DNA of 64,000 nucleotides from Porphyromonas sp. Its GTDB lineage: Bacteria > Bacteroidota > Bacteroidia > Bacteroidales > Porphyromonadaceae. The translations under genes were made by a program, and so were the position numbers. The notes under the pieces are model-generated. The model searched no databases. It had not been told where the DNA came from and saw only the letters and a list, made by a program, of their open reading frames with translations. The number at the start of each line of letters is the position of its first letter. The first letter of the stretch is position 1. This document shows positions 18,906 to 28,359 of the stretch, in pieces. The stretch lies in the NCBI GenBank assembly GCA_041854325.1, contig JBHACB010000093.1, forward strand, positions 2,346-66,345, in the 5' to 3' direction.

Positions 18906-20692
18906 TACAGAAGATGAACAAGTACTCATTCTTGATCTTTCATCGAGAGTATGAGGACTTCCTGAGCTACATCCAAGACCTAGGTGTGGTGCACGTAGCC
19001 GAGCGCAATGACCCACGTGAGGCCGAAGCCCTACGAGCCCTACAGGAGCAGCGTACCCATGCCCTAGGGCTATCGCGTCAGCTACAGCCTTACCTCCCTG
19101 CCGATGCTCCCGATGTCCTCGAGGGCCCTAGTGATATGGAGGTGGTGAGCTCTGTGGAGCAGAGCCTTGCCGAGATAGAGGCCACTACGGCACATATCGC
19201 ATCGCTTAGGCAGACGATAGGTGAGCAGCGCGTATGGGGCGACTACGACCTCTCGACCGTAGCTCGCCTCACTCAGGCAGGCTATCGCCTCGCCCTATAC
19301 ACTACCTCGAGCAGTGTCTATACACCCGATTATCAGACCGAGTATGAGACGATAGCGATAGATCGTGTAGGGGCTACACAGTACTTTGCTCGTATTGAGG
19401 GGCCTGGTGCTGTACCCTGTCCCGATGCCGAGGCTCAGCCTCTCCCCAAGCAAAGCCTTGCGGAGCTCGAGGCTCAGTTTGCCTCTGCTACACAGGCCCT
19501 CGAGGCCCAACGCCTTGCCCTGACAGAGCTTGCCCCAGCCTACATCGTAGGGCTACAGGCATGGGATAGGGAGCTGGCCGGCCAGTATGCCTTCGGGGCT
19601 GCACGCCTACAAGCTGCTCCCCAAGCCGAGGATACGCTGATGCTCCTAGAGGGGTGGGTCCCAGCAGTACGAGCCCAGCATATGGAGGCAGAGCTGTCAA
19701 GTACAGGCTACTACTATAGGCAGAGTGAGATCGAGGACGAAGATAAGATACCAGTGCTCCTGCGCAACAACTTCTTCTCTCGCCTCTTCGAGCCAATCAC
19801 CCAGATGTTCTCCCTACCCAACTACAGCGAGATAGATCAGACAGCTCTCTTTGCGCCCTTCTTCTTGCTCTTCTTCGGGCTTTGCTTCGGCGATGGTGGA
19901 TATGGGCTACTACTCATGGCTATTGCTACCATCGTCAAGCTACGGCGCAGAGGACAGGACAATACGCTCCTTAGCCTCCTACAGTGGCTCGGTGGGGGAG
20001 CGTTCGTCGTGGGTATGCTGATGGGATCGTTCTTTGGCGTTACACTTGGCTATGCCAAGGCCGAGGATTATTTCCTCAACCAAGATGCTCTGATGAAGCT
20101 CTCTATCGTGTTAGGGCTGATACAGATCCTCTTCGCCAAGGGGGTAGCGGCCTACAAGACCAAGGTACAGCGAGGCTGGCGACACGCTCTAGCCCCTACG
20201 GCATGGGTATTCGTACTCATCTTCGGGGGGCTACTGATAGTCCTCCCTCGGCTAGAGTTTGCCATACCGATCGCTGTCGAGTATGTGGTCTACGCCATTG
20301 TAGGTATCTCAGTAGCTATTGTGCTGCTATACAATACGCCTGGGAAGAACCCCCTCGTCAATATCGGATCGGCTCTGTGGACGACCTACAATGTCGCTTC
20401 AGGGCTACTTGGCGATACGCTCTCCTATATCCGCCTCTTCGCTATAGGGCTAACGGGTGGTATCCTCGGAGGAGTCTTCAACCAGCTGGCCATAGAGCAG
20501 ACGGCAGGGCTCTCGCCCGTGCTACAGTACCCACTGATGCTCTTCATCCTGCTCGTGGGGCATACGCTCAATATGGGACTGGCCATGATCAGCTCGTTTG
20601 TACACCCACTGCGTCTCACCTTCGTAGAGTACTACAAGAACAGCGAGTTTGAGGGTGGAGGCAAACCATACAATCCGCTCTCCAAAAGCTAA
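18902..20692 (+). CDS. ntpI: V-type ATP synthase subunit I (a-subunit)
   Basis: 596 aa with a soluble N-terminal half and a polytopic C-terminal half that includes LSYIRLFA. Confidence 0.85.
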   Translation: MIQKMNKYSFLIFHREYEDFLSYIQDLGVVHVAERNDPREAEALRALQEQRTHALGLSRQLQPYLPADAPDVLEGPSDMEVVSSVEQSLAEIEATTAHIASLRQTIGEQRVWGDYDLSTVARLTQAGYRLALYTTSSSVYTPDYQTEYETIAIDRVGATQYFARIEGPGAVPCPDAEAQPLPKQSLAELEAQFASATQALEAQRLALTELAPAYIVGLQAWDRELAGQYAFGAARLQAAPQAEDTLMLLEGWVPAVRAQHMEAELSSTGYYYRQSEIEDEDKIPVLLRNNFFSRLFEPITQMFSLPNYSEIDQTALFAPFFLLFFGLCFGDGGYGLLLMAIATIVKLRRRGQDNTLLSLLQWLGGGAFVVGMLMGSFFGVTLGYAKAEDYFLNQDALMKLSIVLGLIQILFAKGVAAYKTKVQRGWRHALAPTAWVFVLIFGGLLIVLPRLEFAIPIAVEYVVYAIVGISVAIVLLYNTPGKNPLVNIGSALWTTYNVASGLLGDTLSYIRLFAIGLTGGILGGVFNQLAIEQTAGLSPVLQYPLMLFILLVGHTLNMGLAMISSFVHPLRLTFVEYYKNSEFEGGGKPYNPLSKS

Positions 20693-20699
20693 CGAATAA

Positions 20700-21188
<489 letters not shown>

Positions 21189-21197
21189 AGCACAGTC

Positions 21198-21258
21198 AGG
21201 CCTCTAGCCCCGAGGGGCTGTGTCTCGACAGTGGTCGTGGCGCAGCCCCTCGAGGCCT
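21198..21258 (+). terminator. Compound hairpin after the V-ATPase operon
   Basis: GAGGGGCTG (21212-20) pairs with CAGCCCCTC (21243-51). AGGCCTC (21198-204) pairs with GAGGCCT (21252-58). Confidence 0.5.
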
Positions 21259-21326
21259 TGTAGCCTAGGGAGGCAAAACCTTTGGCGCGCTACGAGGTTA
21301 TATAGGTAAGTAGAAAGTATCTAGTT

Positions 21327-21797
21327 ATGTCTCACCCCAATGAATTCATAGAGATGCCGACACGTATGTCTTACCAGTGCTTCGCTTCACGAGGCTCCAG
21401 CCGTGTGCTAGGTCTGTTGAGCTTGGCCTCTCTCATCATCGTCACCGCTATGTTATCATCTTGTGTTACCAAGCAGCAGCCCTATCAGCAGGATCTGGCT
21501 GTTCGCGACTTTGTCGCTGTGATCAAGGATCTCGACGTCCAGCTCGTCGATGTGCGTACCCCAGCCGAGTATGCCGAGGGGCACATCGGCAAGGCCATCA
21601 ATATAGACATCAAGCAGGAGTCGTTCGATACCGAGGCCCTACGCCTACTCGACCCCAACAAGCCTATCGCCGTCTATTGCCGCTCGGGTGCTCGTAGTGC
21701 CATGGCAGTGGAGAGGCTACGCCATATAGGCTTCCATACGACGATCTACAACCTCATCGGCGGATACCTAGCATACGCTGCTCAGCGCCCCCAATAA
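21327..21797 (+). CDS. Rhodanese-domain lipoprotein
   Basis: Lipobox LSSC and the active-site loop CRSGARS. The exact start is uncertain because there are several in-frame Met codons. Confidence 0.8.
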   Translation: MSHPNEFIEMPTRMSYQCFASRGSSRVLGLLSLASLIIVTAMLSSCVTKQQPYQQDLAVRDFVAVIKDLDVQLVDVRTPAEYAEGHIGKAINIDIKQESFDTEALRLLDPNKPIAVYCRSGARSAMAVERLRHIGFHTTIYNLIGGYLAYAAQRPQ

Positions 21798-21810
21798 TAG
21801 GGAGATACCA

Positions 21811-21868
21811 CGAGCGAGGACCTCGAGGTGCGAAGCGATCATTCGCTCGTCCTCGAGGTCCTCGCTCG
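21811..21868. terminator. 18-bp stem hairpin between convergent rhodanese and exporter genes
   Basis: CGAGCGAGGACCTCGAGG ... CCTCGAGGTCCTCGCTCG, with an inner GCGAA/TTCGC helix. Confidence 0.6.
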
Positions 21869-21889
21869 TATGTGGCGTAGGCCTATCCG

Positions 21890-22420
21890 CTAGACTTTGC
21901 CTTCGCTAGCTCGGCGCTCGGCCTGCTCGAAGGACAGCGCACGTGTCATCCTAAACGACTGCTTGTAGAAGATAAACAGCGGTATAGCCACACCGATACC
22001 TAGGGCGAGCATGATCAGCACAGCCGTGATCATATTGCTGAAGATCTGTGGTAGATAGGCCTCGCGTATGGCGTTGTCACTGGCCTGCATGAACTGTACC
22101 ATGCCCAGCAGAGACCGATAGGCATACATGCCTGGTATCATGGGCAGTAGGGCAGGGAATGAGAAGACCTCCGACGGGTAGCGGGCCCTATAGGCAAAGT
22201 AGATACCCACGAAGCCGATGAGGAGGGCTGCTAGGAAGGTAGCAAAAGCGATCTCCACCCCGAGGTAGGTCGTCAAGGCAAAGCGAGTCATATGCCCTAG
22301 GGCTGCGAGGATCGGCACGTACACGAAGCTCTGCTTGGGAGGGTTGGATACGGCAGCGAAGCCTAGAGCCGCTAGGGCTGCGAGCAGGCCGTCGATGAGT
22401 ATAGCTTGGAGAATATCCAT
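21890..22420 (-). CDS. Threonine/serine exporter family protein (ThrE C-terminal-type, DUF3815)
   Basis: 176 aa and polytopic, paired with the upstream DUF1212-type partner. Confidence 0.7.
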   Translation of the reverse strand: MDILQAILIDGLLAALAALGFAAVSNPPKQSFVYVPILAALGHMTRFALTTYLGVEIAFATFLAALLIGFVGIYFAYRARYPSEVFSFPALLPMIPGMYAYRSLLGMVQFMQASDNAIREAYLPQIFSNMITAVLIMLALGIGVAIPLFIFYKQSFRMTRALSFEQAERRASEGKV

Positions 22421-22437
22421 AGAGGTAGGCGATGTGA

Positions 22438-23262
22438 TTAGATAAGGCTCAGACGTAGCAGTATCAGCGTACCGCTCAGACCTATCGTGATACTAAAGAC
22501 GATGAACAGGGCATTGATGATGCGCGAGACACCATTGAGTATATAGCCATCGAAGAAGTCGATCATACTATTGATGAAGGGCACACCAGGTATCAAGAAG
22601 AGCACGCAGGTGCTGAGTGCTATCTGTGGCGTCTCGCTGAGCCCTGTATGCATACCCAGCCCCACCGTCATCGACGATACGAAGGCTGCCACTAGCACCG
22701 TCAGGTAGTGGTAGGCATGGCGCAGGTTGAGCTCTTGGCGTGCATAGAAGCCGAGGCAGGTGCCTAGGAAGACGAAGCCTGCGGCAGGGAAGTCGCCCCC
22801 GAAGAGCAGGCAAAATGCAGAGTTGGCTACGCTGATCAAGAAGAGGATGAGCCAGCGGCTCACCCTAGGGGCATTGAGTACCTGATCGAACCGCTCCTCA
22901 AGAGCCTCTAGTGTGGGCTTGGTGTCGAATGCCCACCAGCTCATACGGCTAAGCTCGGCATTGAGCAGGAAGTTGATAGGCAGACTTCGGTGATGCGTCA
23001 GAGCCGTGGTCGGGTGCGCAGTGTAGGTCGTAGAACGACCCTCCTGATGGCGAGGAGTGAGCGATATAGCCACATTGCGCTGGAAGAGCATCATGGTGAT
23101 GTCGTAGCCGTAGGCATTGGCAATACGCGTCGTGTTGAGCACGATACGCGAGGTCTGTACGCCTACGCTGGTCTGTATGGTAGCGAAGCGCAGCAAGAAG
23201 TCGAGCAATCGATCGATGGCGAGATCTGGAGCTCCAGATAGTAGCTCTTGGCCGTGTTGCAT
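22438..23262 (-). CDS. Threonine/serine exporter family protein (ThrE N-terminal-type, DUF1212)
   Basis: 274 aa with a soluble N-terminal part followed by transmembrane helices. This is the typical split-pair arrangement. Confidence 0.7.
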   Translation of the reverse strand: MQHGQELLSGAPDLAIDRLLDFLLRFATIQTSVGVQTSRIVLNTTRIANAYGYDITMMLFQRNVAISLTPRHQEGRSTTYTAHPTTALTHHRSLPINFLLNAELSRMSWWAFDTKPTLEALEERFDQVLNAPRVSRWLILFLISVANSAFCLLFGGDFPAAGFVFLGTCLGFYARQELNLRHAYHYLTVLVAAFVSSMTVGLGMHTGLSETPQIALSTCVLFLIPGVPFINSMIDFFDGYILNGVSRIINALFIVFSITIGLSGTLILLRLSLI

Positions 23263-23317
23263 ATACTGGGGAAGACTGAGATGTTGTTATCCTTTACTAA
23301 AACGCTGATTACGTGCA

Positions 23318-23325
23318 CAAAGATA
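23318..23325 (-). promoter_or_regulatory. -7 box TATCTTTG (minus strand) upstream of the exporter pair
   Basis: TAnnTTTG match, 56 nt upstream of ATG 23262. Confidence 0.4.
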
Positions 23326-23367
23326 GTACATTCGCATCACTCGGCATACACTCTATCTATCATATCT

Positions 23368-23445
23368 AGGGCTGACGCATTTTATCCCTAGGGTGAACGA
23401 GGCGTTCACCCTAGGGGTACCACCTCGTTCACCCTAGGCTTTTTG
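23368..23445. repeat. CCTAGGGTGAACG-family repeat, copy C (inverted relative to copies A and E)
   Basis: GGGCTGACGCATTTTATCCCTAGGGTGAACGAGGCGTTCACCCTAGGGGTACCACCTCGTTCACCCTAGGCTTTTT. Confidence 0.9.
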
Positions 23446-23700
23446 ATAGAGCTATACGCACTACTGATATTCAGCCTACGAGGATACCCCTCCTCCACAT
23501 ACAGCCCCTAACGATCTGCTCTCGGAGTGCTAGCTAAGCGAAGGCTCTGCAAAAGACTATTGTACACAAGGAGCTAAAGGATTTGCGTACTATTATAGAA
23601 GGACACTGTTGCAGAGCTAACTATATTGGGTGCATCCCCCCTACTACCACGTCAGTCGCATTGAGCCATCCCACTCACAGATCCTCATTCCAGCACCTCT

Positions 23701-23730
23701 CGAGGCGAAGATTGAATATCGACTGAGATA
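23701..23730. repeat. Single unit of the 23-bp minisatellite family
   Basis: GAGGC GAAGATTGAATATCGACTGAGAT. Confidence 0.7.
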
Positions 23731-23776
23731 AGTATCAGCGGTCTAGAGCAGTATGGCTTCAGCAATGAGAATATGC

Positions 23777-23784
23777 TATATTTA
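23777..23784 (+). promoter_or_regulatory. Near-consensus -7 box TATATTTA
   Basis: One mismatch to TAnnTTTG, 69 nt upstream of ATG 23853. Confidence 0.3.
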
Positions 23785-23852
23785 CAGTTGTGTAGACAGA
23801 GATCTAGGTTATCATATAAGTGCTTAATATAAACCATATAACGAGATATCGT

Positions 23853-24941
23853 ATGACAGCAGAGATGAGACAACTCCATGAGGAGGTGTGGTGCGCCCTT
23901 GAGAAGCTACGACAAGAGATCCCAGGGCTGTATTACAAGCCACGACAACGAGGACGGACACGGCTAGAGGGAGGCTATTGGTTCATAGGTAACGATAAGT
24001 ACCTCATGGTAGGTCTGGCAGAGGGGAGTGATAGCAATGAAAAGGTTCATAATATCGGCTTCGTAGTTACGGATGACGGATGCGGACACCTCAAGCTATC
24101 GGCTAGAGATGCCTACGAGAACAAGGTTGAGGGTAGCGCAGAGATCTGTGCGCTACTAGAGCGGTTAGCCAGCAGGCTATCCACTCAAGGGGAGCCTATG
24201 ATCCCTCACCGTTCCGGTGGTAGATGGGATAAGAAGTATCGAGGCACTTGGGAAGAGGCATTGAAGCAGTGTATCCTAGTTGATTGGCCTATCATTCAGG
24301 AGGAGCTAAAGGCTTGTGCTACGAAGAGGGTTCGACCTATTACTGAGGAAGACTTTGATCGCTACAAGGCGAAAATAGATGGATATAGATTCACTCTATA
24401 CACTCACCCTACCAAGGATGACGGAGACTATGCCGAGGCCGACAAGCAAGCGAGTGATACACCTCGTCAAGCTCCTACGCCGAGCATGAGGGCTCATAGC
24501 CGAGGAGTAATGAGCAAATCGACCGCTCTGACACGCAGGACTACTCAGGCTAGTGATACTGAGGTGTCTAGCCAGCACAATGAGATGCAAAATGCCCTTA
24601 TGCAGGTATTGCGAGACTCGGGAAATTACAAGCCCGATACCATTAGACTAGAAGAGAACTATATAGATATTGTAGCTCAAGCACGCTCTGGCGAGTGGCA
24701 TTACTTCGAGCTCAAGACCTACGATGCTAGGCACAGCATACGCGAAGGCCTAGGGCAGATCCTTGAGTACAACCACTATATAGAGAAAAGACGACCTGCG
24801 GAGAGGCTGTATATAGTGTCGCCCAACGCCCCAACGAGTGAGGACAAGGAATATCTCGATCGGCTACGCAGGCTCTACAACCTACCTCTGTGGTATCGTG
24901 TCTTCGATGGGGACAAGGGGCTGCTCTCGCAGGAGTACTAG
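23853..24941 (+). CDS. Hypothetical two-domain protein: unknown N-terminal domain, low-complexity linker, PD-(D/E)xK nuclease-like C-terminal domain
   Basis: C-terminal signature in canonical order: E (HNEMQ), D (NYIDIV), ExK (YFELK), Q (GQILEY). No family recognised for the N-terminal domain. Start placed at the first ATG; the ORF track begins at GTG 23820. Confidence 0.6.
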   Translation: MTAEMRQLHEEVWCALEKLRQEIPGLYYKPRQRGRTRLEGGYWFIGNDKYLMVGLAEGSDSNEKVHNIGFVVTDDGCGHLKLSARDAYENKVEGSAEICALLERLASRLSTQGEPMIPHRSGGRWDKKYRGTWEEALKQCILVDWPIIQEELKACATKRVRPITEEDFDRYKAKIDGYRFTLYTHPTKDDGDYAEADKQASDTPRQAPTPSMRAHSRGVMSKSTALTRRTTQASDTEVSSQHNEMQNALMQVLRDSGNYKPDTIRLEENYIDIVAQARSGEWHYFELKTYDARHSIREGLGQILEYNHYIEKRRPAERLYIVSPNAPTSEDKEYLDRLRRLYNLPLWYRVFDGDKGLLSQEY

Positions 24942-25089
24942 CTAGGGGCCACAAGTCAAGGGGAGGCATGTCTCCACAGAAGAGCAAGTCTAGATAAGCA
25001 CAAAATCCCCCGAGAGGCGAGCCTATCGGAGGGGATACACACAGAGCAAGAAGCTAGGGGGAGCGTGTAGGCTACTCCCTGCTTTTTTG

Positions 25090-25097
25090 TACCTTTG
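25090..25097 (+). promoter_or_regulatory. -7 box TACCTTTG upstream of metG
   Basis: TAnnTTTG match, 57 nt upstream of ATG 25154. Confidence 0.45.
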
Positions 25098-25153
25098 CGG
25101 TGCCCACGAGAGATGGGTGCTTTAGATTGGGAATAAGATTAAGAAAGGAGAAT

Positions 25154-27193
25154 ATGAGCAAGAACTACAAGCGAACTCTCATCACCACTGCTCTGCCATA
25201 CGCCAACGGCCCCGTGCATATCGGGCACCTCGCTGGTGTGTACATACCTGCCGATATATATGCACGCTACCTGCGCCTTAGGGGGCAGGAGGTGCTGATG
25301 ATAGGCGGTAGCGACGAGCATGGAGTGCCTATCGCTATCAAGGCACAGAAGGAGGGTATCACGCCCCAGGATGTGGTGGATCGCTACCACTATATGATCA
25401 AGGATAGCTTCGAACGCCTTGGTATTACGTTCGATGTGTATAGCCGTACGACGAGTGCGACGCATCGTGAGCTGGCGAGCCAGTTCTTCCGTACGCTGTA
25501 CGACAAGGGAGAGTTCGTCGAGCAGACCTCTATGCAGTACTACGACGAGGAGGCTAGGCAGTTCCTCGCCGATCGCTATATCACAGGTACCTGCCCCCAT
25601 TGCCAGAGCACAGGAGCCTATGGCGACCAGTGCGAGAGCTGTGGTACATCGCTTGCTGCTACCGATCTGCTAGAGCCTCGTAGTGCCATTAGTGGTAGCA
25701 AGCCTATCCTCCGCGAGACCAAGCACTGGTATCTACCTCTCGACAAGCACGAGGCCTTCCTCAAGGAGTGGATCCTAGAGGGGCACAAGGAGTGGAAGAG
25801 CAACGTCTATGGCCAGTGCAAGAGCTGGCTCGACATGGGGCTACAGCCTCGTGCCGTTAGTCGCGACCTCGACTGGGGTATCCCCGTGCCTGTAGAGGGT
25901 GCCGAGGGCAAGGTGCTGTACGTGTGGTTCGATGCCCCTATCGGCTATATATCCAACACCAAGGAGCTACTCCCCGATAGCTGGGAGACGTGGTGGAAGG
26001 ATGAGGAGACCAAGCTCGTGCACTTCATCGGCAAGGACAACATCGTCTTTCATTGTATCGTCTTCCCTGCTATGCTACGAGCCGAGGGCTCTTATATCCT
26101 ACCCGACAATGTGCCTGCCAACGAGTTTCTCAACCTCGAGGGCGACAAGATCTCCACGAGCCGCAACTGGGCTGTGTGGCTCCACGAGTACCTCGATGAG
26201 CTACCTGGCAAGCAAGATGTACTACGCTACGTCCTCACGGCCAATGCCCCCGAGACGAAGGACAACGACTTCACATGGCGCGACTTTCAGGCTCGCAACA
26301 ACAACGAACTAGTGGCTATCTATGGCAACTTCGTCAATCGGGCCCTTGTGCTGACACACAAGTACTTCGAGGGGCGTGTCCCTGACCTCGGTGAGCTGAC
26401 CGACTACGACCGCGAGACTATTGCCGAGATGCAGAGCATCAAGGCTCGCCTAGAGCAGGAGCTAGAGCACTACCACTTCCGCGAAGCACTCAAGGAGGCC
26501 ATGCAGCTCGCACGTATCGGTAACAAGTACCTCGCCGATACAGAGCCCTGGAAACTCGCCAAGACCGACATGGCTCGTGTGGCGACGATCCTCAACCTGT
26601 CCATACAGATTACGGCCAACCTGACCACGGCCTTTGCCCCCTTCCTGCCCATGAGTAGCGAACGTCTGCTCGGTATGCTCGATACCCAAGCCTTCGGCTG
26701 GGAGACACTAGGCTCTATGGAGCTGATCCCTGCTGGGCATCGGCTAGGTGTGGCAGAGCTACTCTTCGACAAGATCGAGGATGATGTCGTCGAGGCTCAG
26801 ATCGCCAAGCTACGAGCAAGCAAGGAAGCCAACGAGGCCGCCAACCGCCGCGATTTGCCTGTGGCACAAGATATTGCTTTCGATGACTTCGTCAAGCTCG
26901 ACATCCGTGTGGGCACGGTGCTCGAGTGTACCAAGGTTCCCAAGGCTGACAAGCTCCTACAGCTACGCCTTGACGATGGTCTCAGTGGCCGTACTATAGT
27001 ATCGGGTATTGCCCAGCACTATGCACCCGAGGAGCTGGTAGGTAAGCAGGTGTGTTTCATTGCCAACCTACCCCCTCGCAAGCTCAAGGGTATCGAGAGT
27101 CAGGGTATGATCCTCTCTGCCGAAGACCTAGATGGTCGCCTGCGCGTGGTAATGCCTGCCGAGCCTGTAGCACCAGGTAGCCGAGTAGGGTAG
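25154..27193 (+). CDS. metG: Methionine--tRNA ligase with C-terminal tRNA-binding domain
   Basis: HIGH motif ([11 protein letters not shown]), KMSKS-like KISTS, a Zn knuckle (CPHCQS...CESCG) and an EMAP-like C-terminus. Confidence 0.95.
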   Translation: MSKNYKRTLITTALPYANGPVHIGHLAGVYIPADIYARYLRLRGQEVLMIGGSDEHGVPIAIKAQKEGITPQDVVDRYHYMIKDSFERLGITFDVYSRTTSATHRELASQFFRTLYDKGEFVEQTSMQYYDEEARQFLADRYITGTCPHCQSTGAYGDQCESCGTSLAATDLLEPRSAISGSKPILRETKHWYLPLDKHEAFLKEWILEGHKEWKSNVYGQCKSWLDMGLQPRAVSRDLDWGIPVPVEGAEGKVLYVWFDAPIGYISNTKELLPDSWETWWKDEETKLVHFIGKDNIVFHCIVFPAMLRAEGSYILPDNVPANEFLNLEGDKISTSRNWAVWLHEYLDELPGKQDVLRYVLTANAPETKDNDFTWRDFQARNNNELVAIYGNFVNRALVLTHKYFEGRVPDLGELTDYDRETIAEMQSIKARLEQELEHYHFREALKEAMQLARIGNKYLADTEPWKLAKTDMARVATILNLSIQITANLTTAFAPFLPMSSERLLGMLDTQAFGWETLGSMELIPAGHRLGVAELLFDKIEDDVVEAQIAKLRASKEANEAANRRDLPVAQDIAFDDFVKLDIRVGTVLECTKVPKADKLLQLRLDDGLSGRTIVSGIAQHYAPEELVGKQVCFIANLPPRKLKGIESQGMILSAEDLDGRLRVVMPAEPVAPGSRVG

Positions 27194-27207
27194 CAAGCCT
27201 AGCCTCC

Positions 27208-28359
27208 ATGCACTTCGCCCTGCCTATGGCCGATCCCAAGCGCCAGTATCTGTATCTGCGCGAGGAGATCGACCAAACGACAAGCCACCTCCTCGCCTCC
27301 GGTACATATATCGGAGGTGAAGAGGTGGCTTGTCTGGAGGCGGAGCTGGCCGATTATTTGGGACTGCCACAGGGGGGAGTAGTCGGCTGCGGCAATGGTA
27401 CCGATGCCCTCGAGATAGCCTATCAGGCTGTAGGGCTGGAGGCTGGCGACGAGGTGATCGTGCCCTCAATGAGCTACGTAGCGCCTGCGGAGGCTGCCCT
27501 GCGCCTTGGGCTATGCCCCGTGTGGGCCGATGTGGCAGGCGAGGGAGATCAACGCTTCAATATATCGCCTAGCGAGGCACATCTCTCGGCTCTGATTAGT
27601 CCTCGCACTCGAGCCCTTGTTGGGGTCAATATGTATGGTTACCCTGTCGATACGGAGAGTATTAGGTCGTTTTGTCGCCAGCACAGCCTCGTCTTTATCG
27701 AGGACAATGCTCAGGGGCTTGGAGGGCGCGATACTCAGGGCTTACCCCAAGGCACACTAGGCGACATAGCCACGACAAGCTTCTTCCCCACAAAGCCGCT
27801 CGGCTGTATGGGTGACGGGGGAGCTGTGCTCACAGCAAACAAAGACTGGGCGGAGCGTGCTCGCATGATAGCGAACCATGGTCAGCAGGCAAAGTATAGC
27901 TACCAGATAGTGGGAAAGAATAGCCGCCTTGATGCCCTACAAGCGGCTATACTGCGTGTCAAGCTTCGGCATCTCGATTGGCTAGTCTCCAACGCCCGAC
28001 GCATAGCCTCGCTCTATATCGAGGCACTGTCGGCCTACGAGTACCTTTGTCTGCCCACTACTGCTCTCATTGAGCGGAGCAGTGGGTATCTCTTCACCCT
28101 CTGCTTGCCTCCTCACATCGACCGAGCGTCTTTGATAGCCTATCTACGTGCTCAGGGCATTGCCCTACAGCTCTACTATCCCGATCCTCTCCACACGGCC
28201 CCCTTGTATCGCTCGTGTGGGATACAGCGTGCACCTCTCACCCATACCGAGGCTCTCGCCTCGTGCCATCTCTCCCTCCCTACTTTCCCCCTAATGACAG
28301 ATGCCGAAGCCGAGCACGTCATCCATTCTTTCACACAGTATTTGTCGGGATATGAGTAA
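27208..28359 (+). CDS. DegT/DnrJ/EryC1-family sugar aminotransferase, WbpE/PorR-like
   Basis: GNGTDALE, TSFFPTKPLGCMGDGGAV (PLP lysine) and NSRLDALQAAIL, collinear with P. aeruginosa WbpE as I recall it. The start could instead be Met7 (27226). Confidence 0.8.
   Translation: MHFALPMADPKRQYLYLREEIDQTTSHLLASGTYIGGEEVACLEAELADYLGLPQGGVVGCGNGTDALEIAYQAVGLEAGDEVIVPSMSYVAPAEAALRLGLCPVWADVAGEGDQRFNISPSEAHLSALISPRTRALVGVNMYGYPVDTESIRSFCRQHSLVFIEDNAQGLGGRDTQGLPQGTLGDIATTSFFPTKPLGCMGDGGAVLTANKDWAERARMIANHGQQAKYSYQIVGKNSRLDALQAAILRVKLRHLDWLVSNARRIASLYIEALSAYEYLCLPTTALIERSSGYLFTLCLPPHIDRASLIAYLRAQGIALQLYYPDPLHTAPLYRSCGIQRAPLTHTEALASCHLSLPTFPLMTDAEAEHVIHSFTQYLSGYE

Noticed and set aside
24990-25090. A degenerate sixth copy of the palindromic repeat at the right edge of the orphan-gene islet. 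Its reverse complement reads AAAAAAGCAGGGAGTAGCC...CCCCCTAGC...GGGGGATTTTGTGC.
   Set aside because: Only short patches resemble the family consensus and the CCTAGGGTGAACG half-sites are not recognisable. The resemblance may be chance. It is worth retesting with a profile search.
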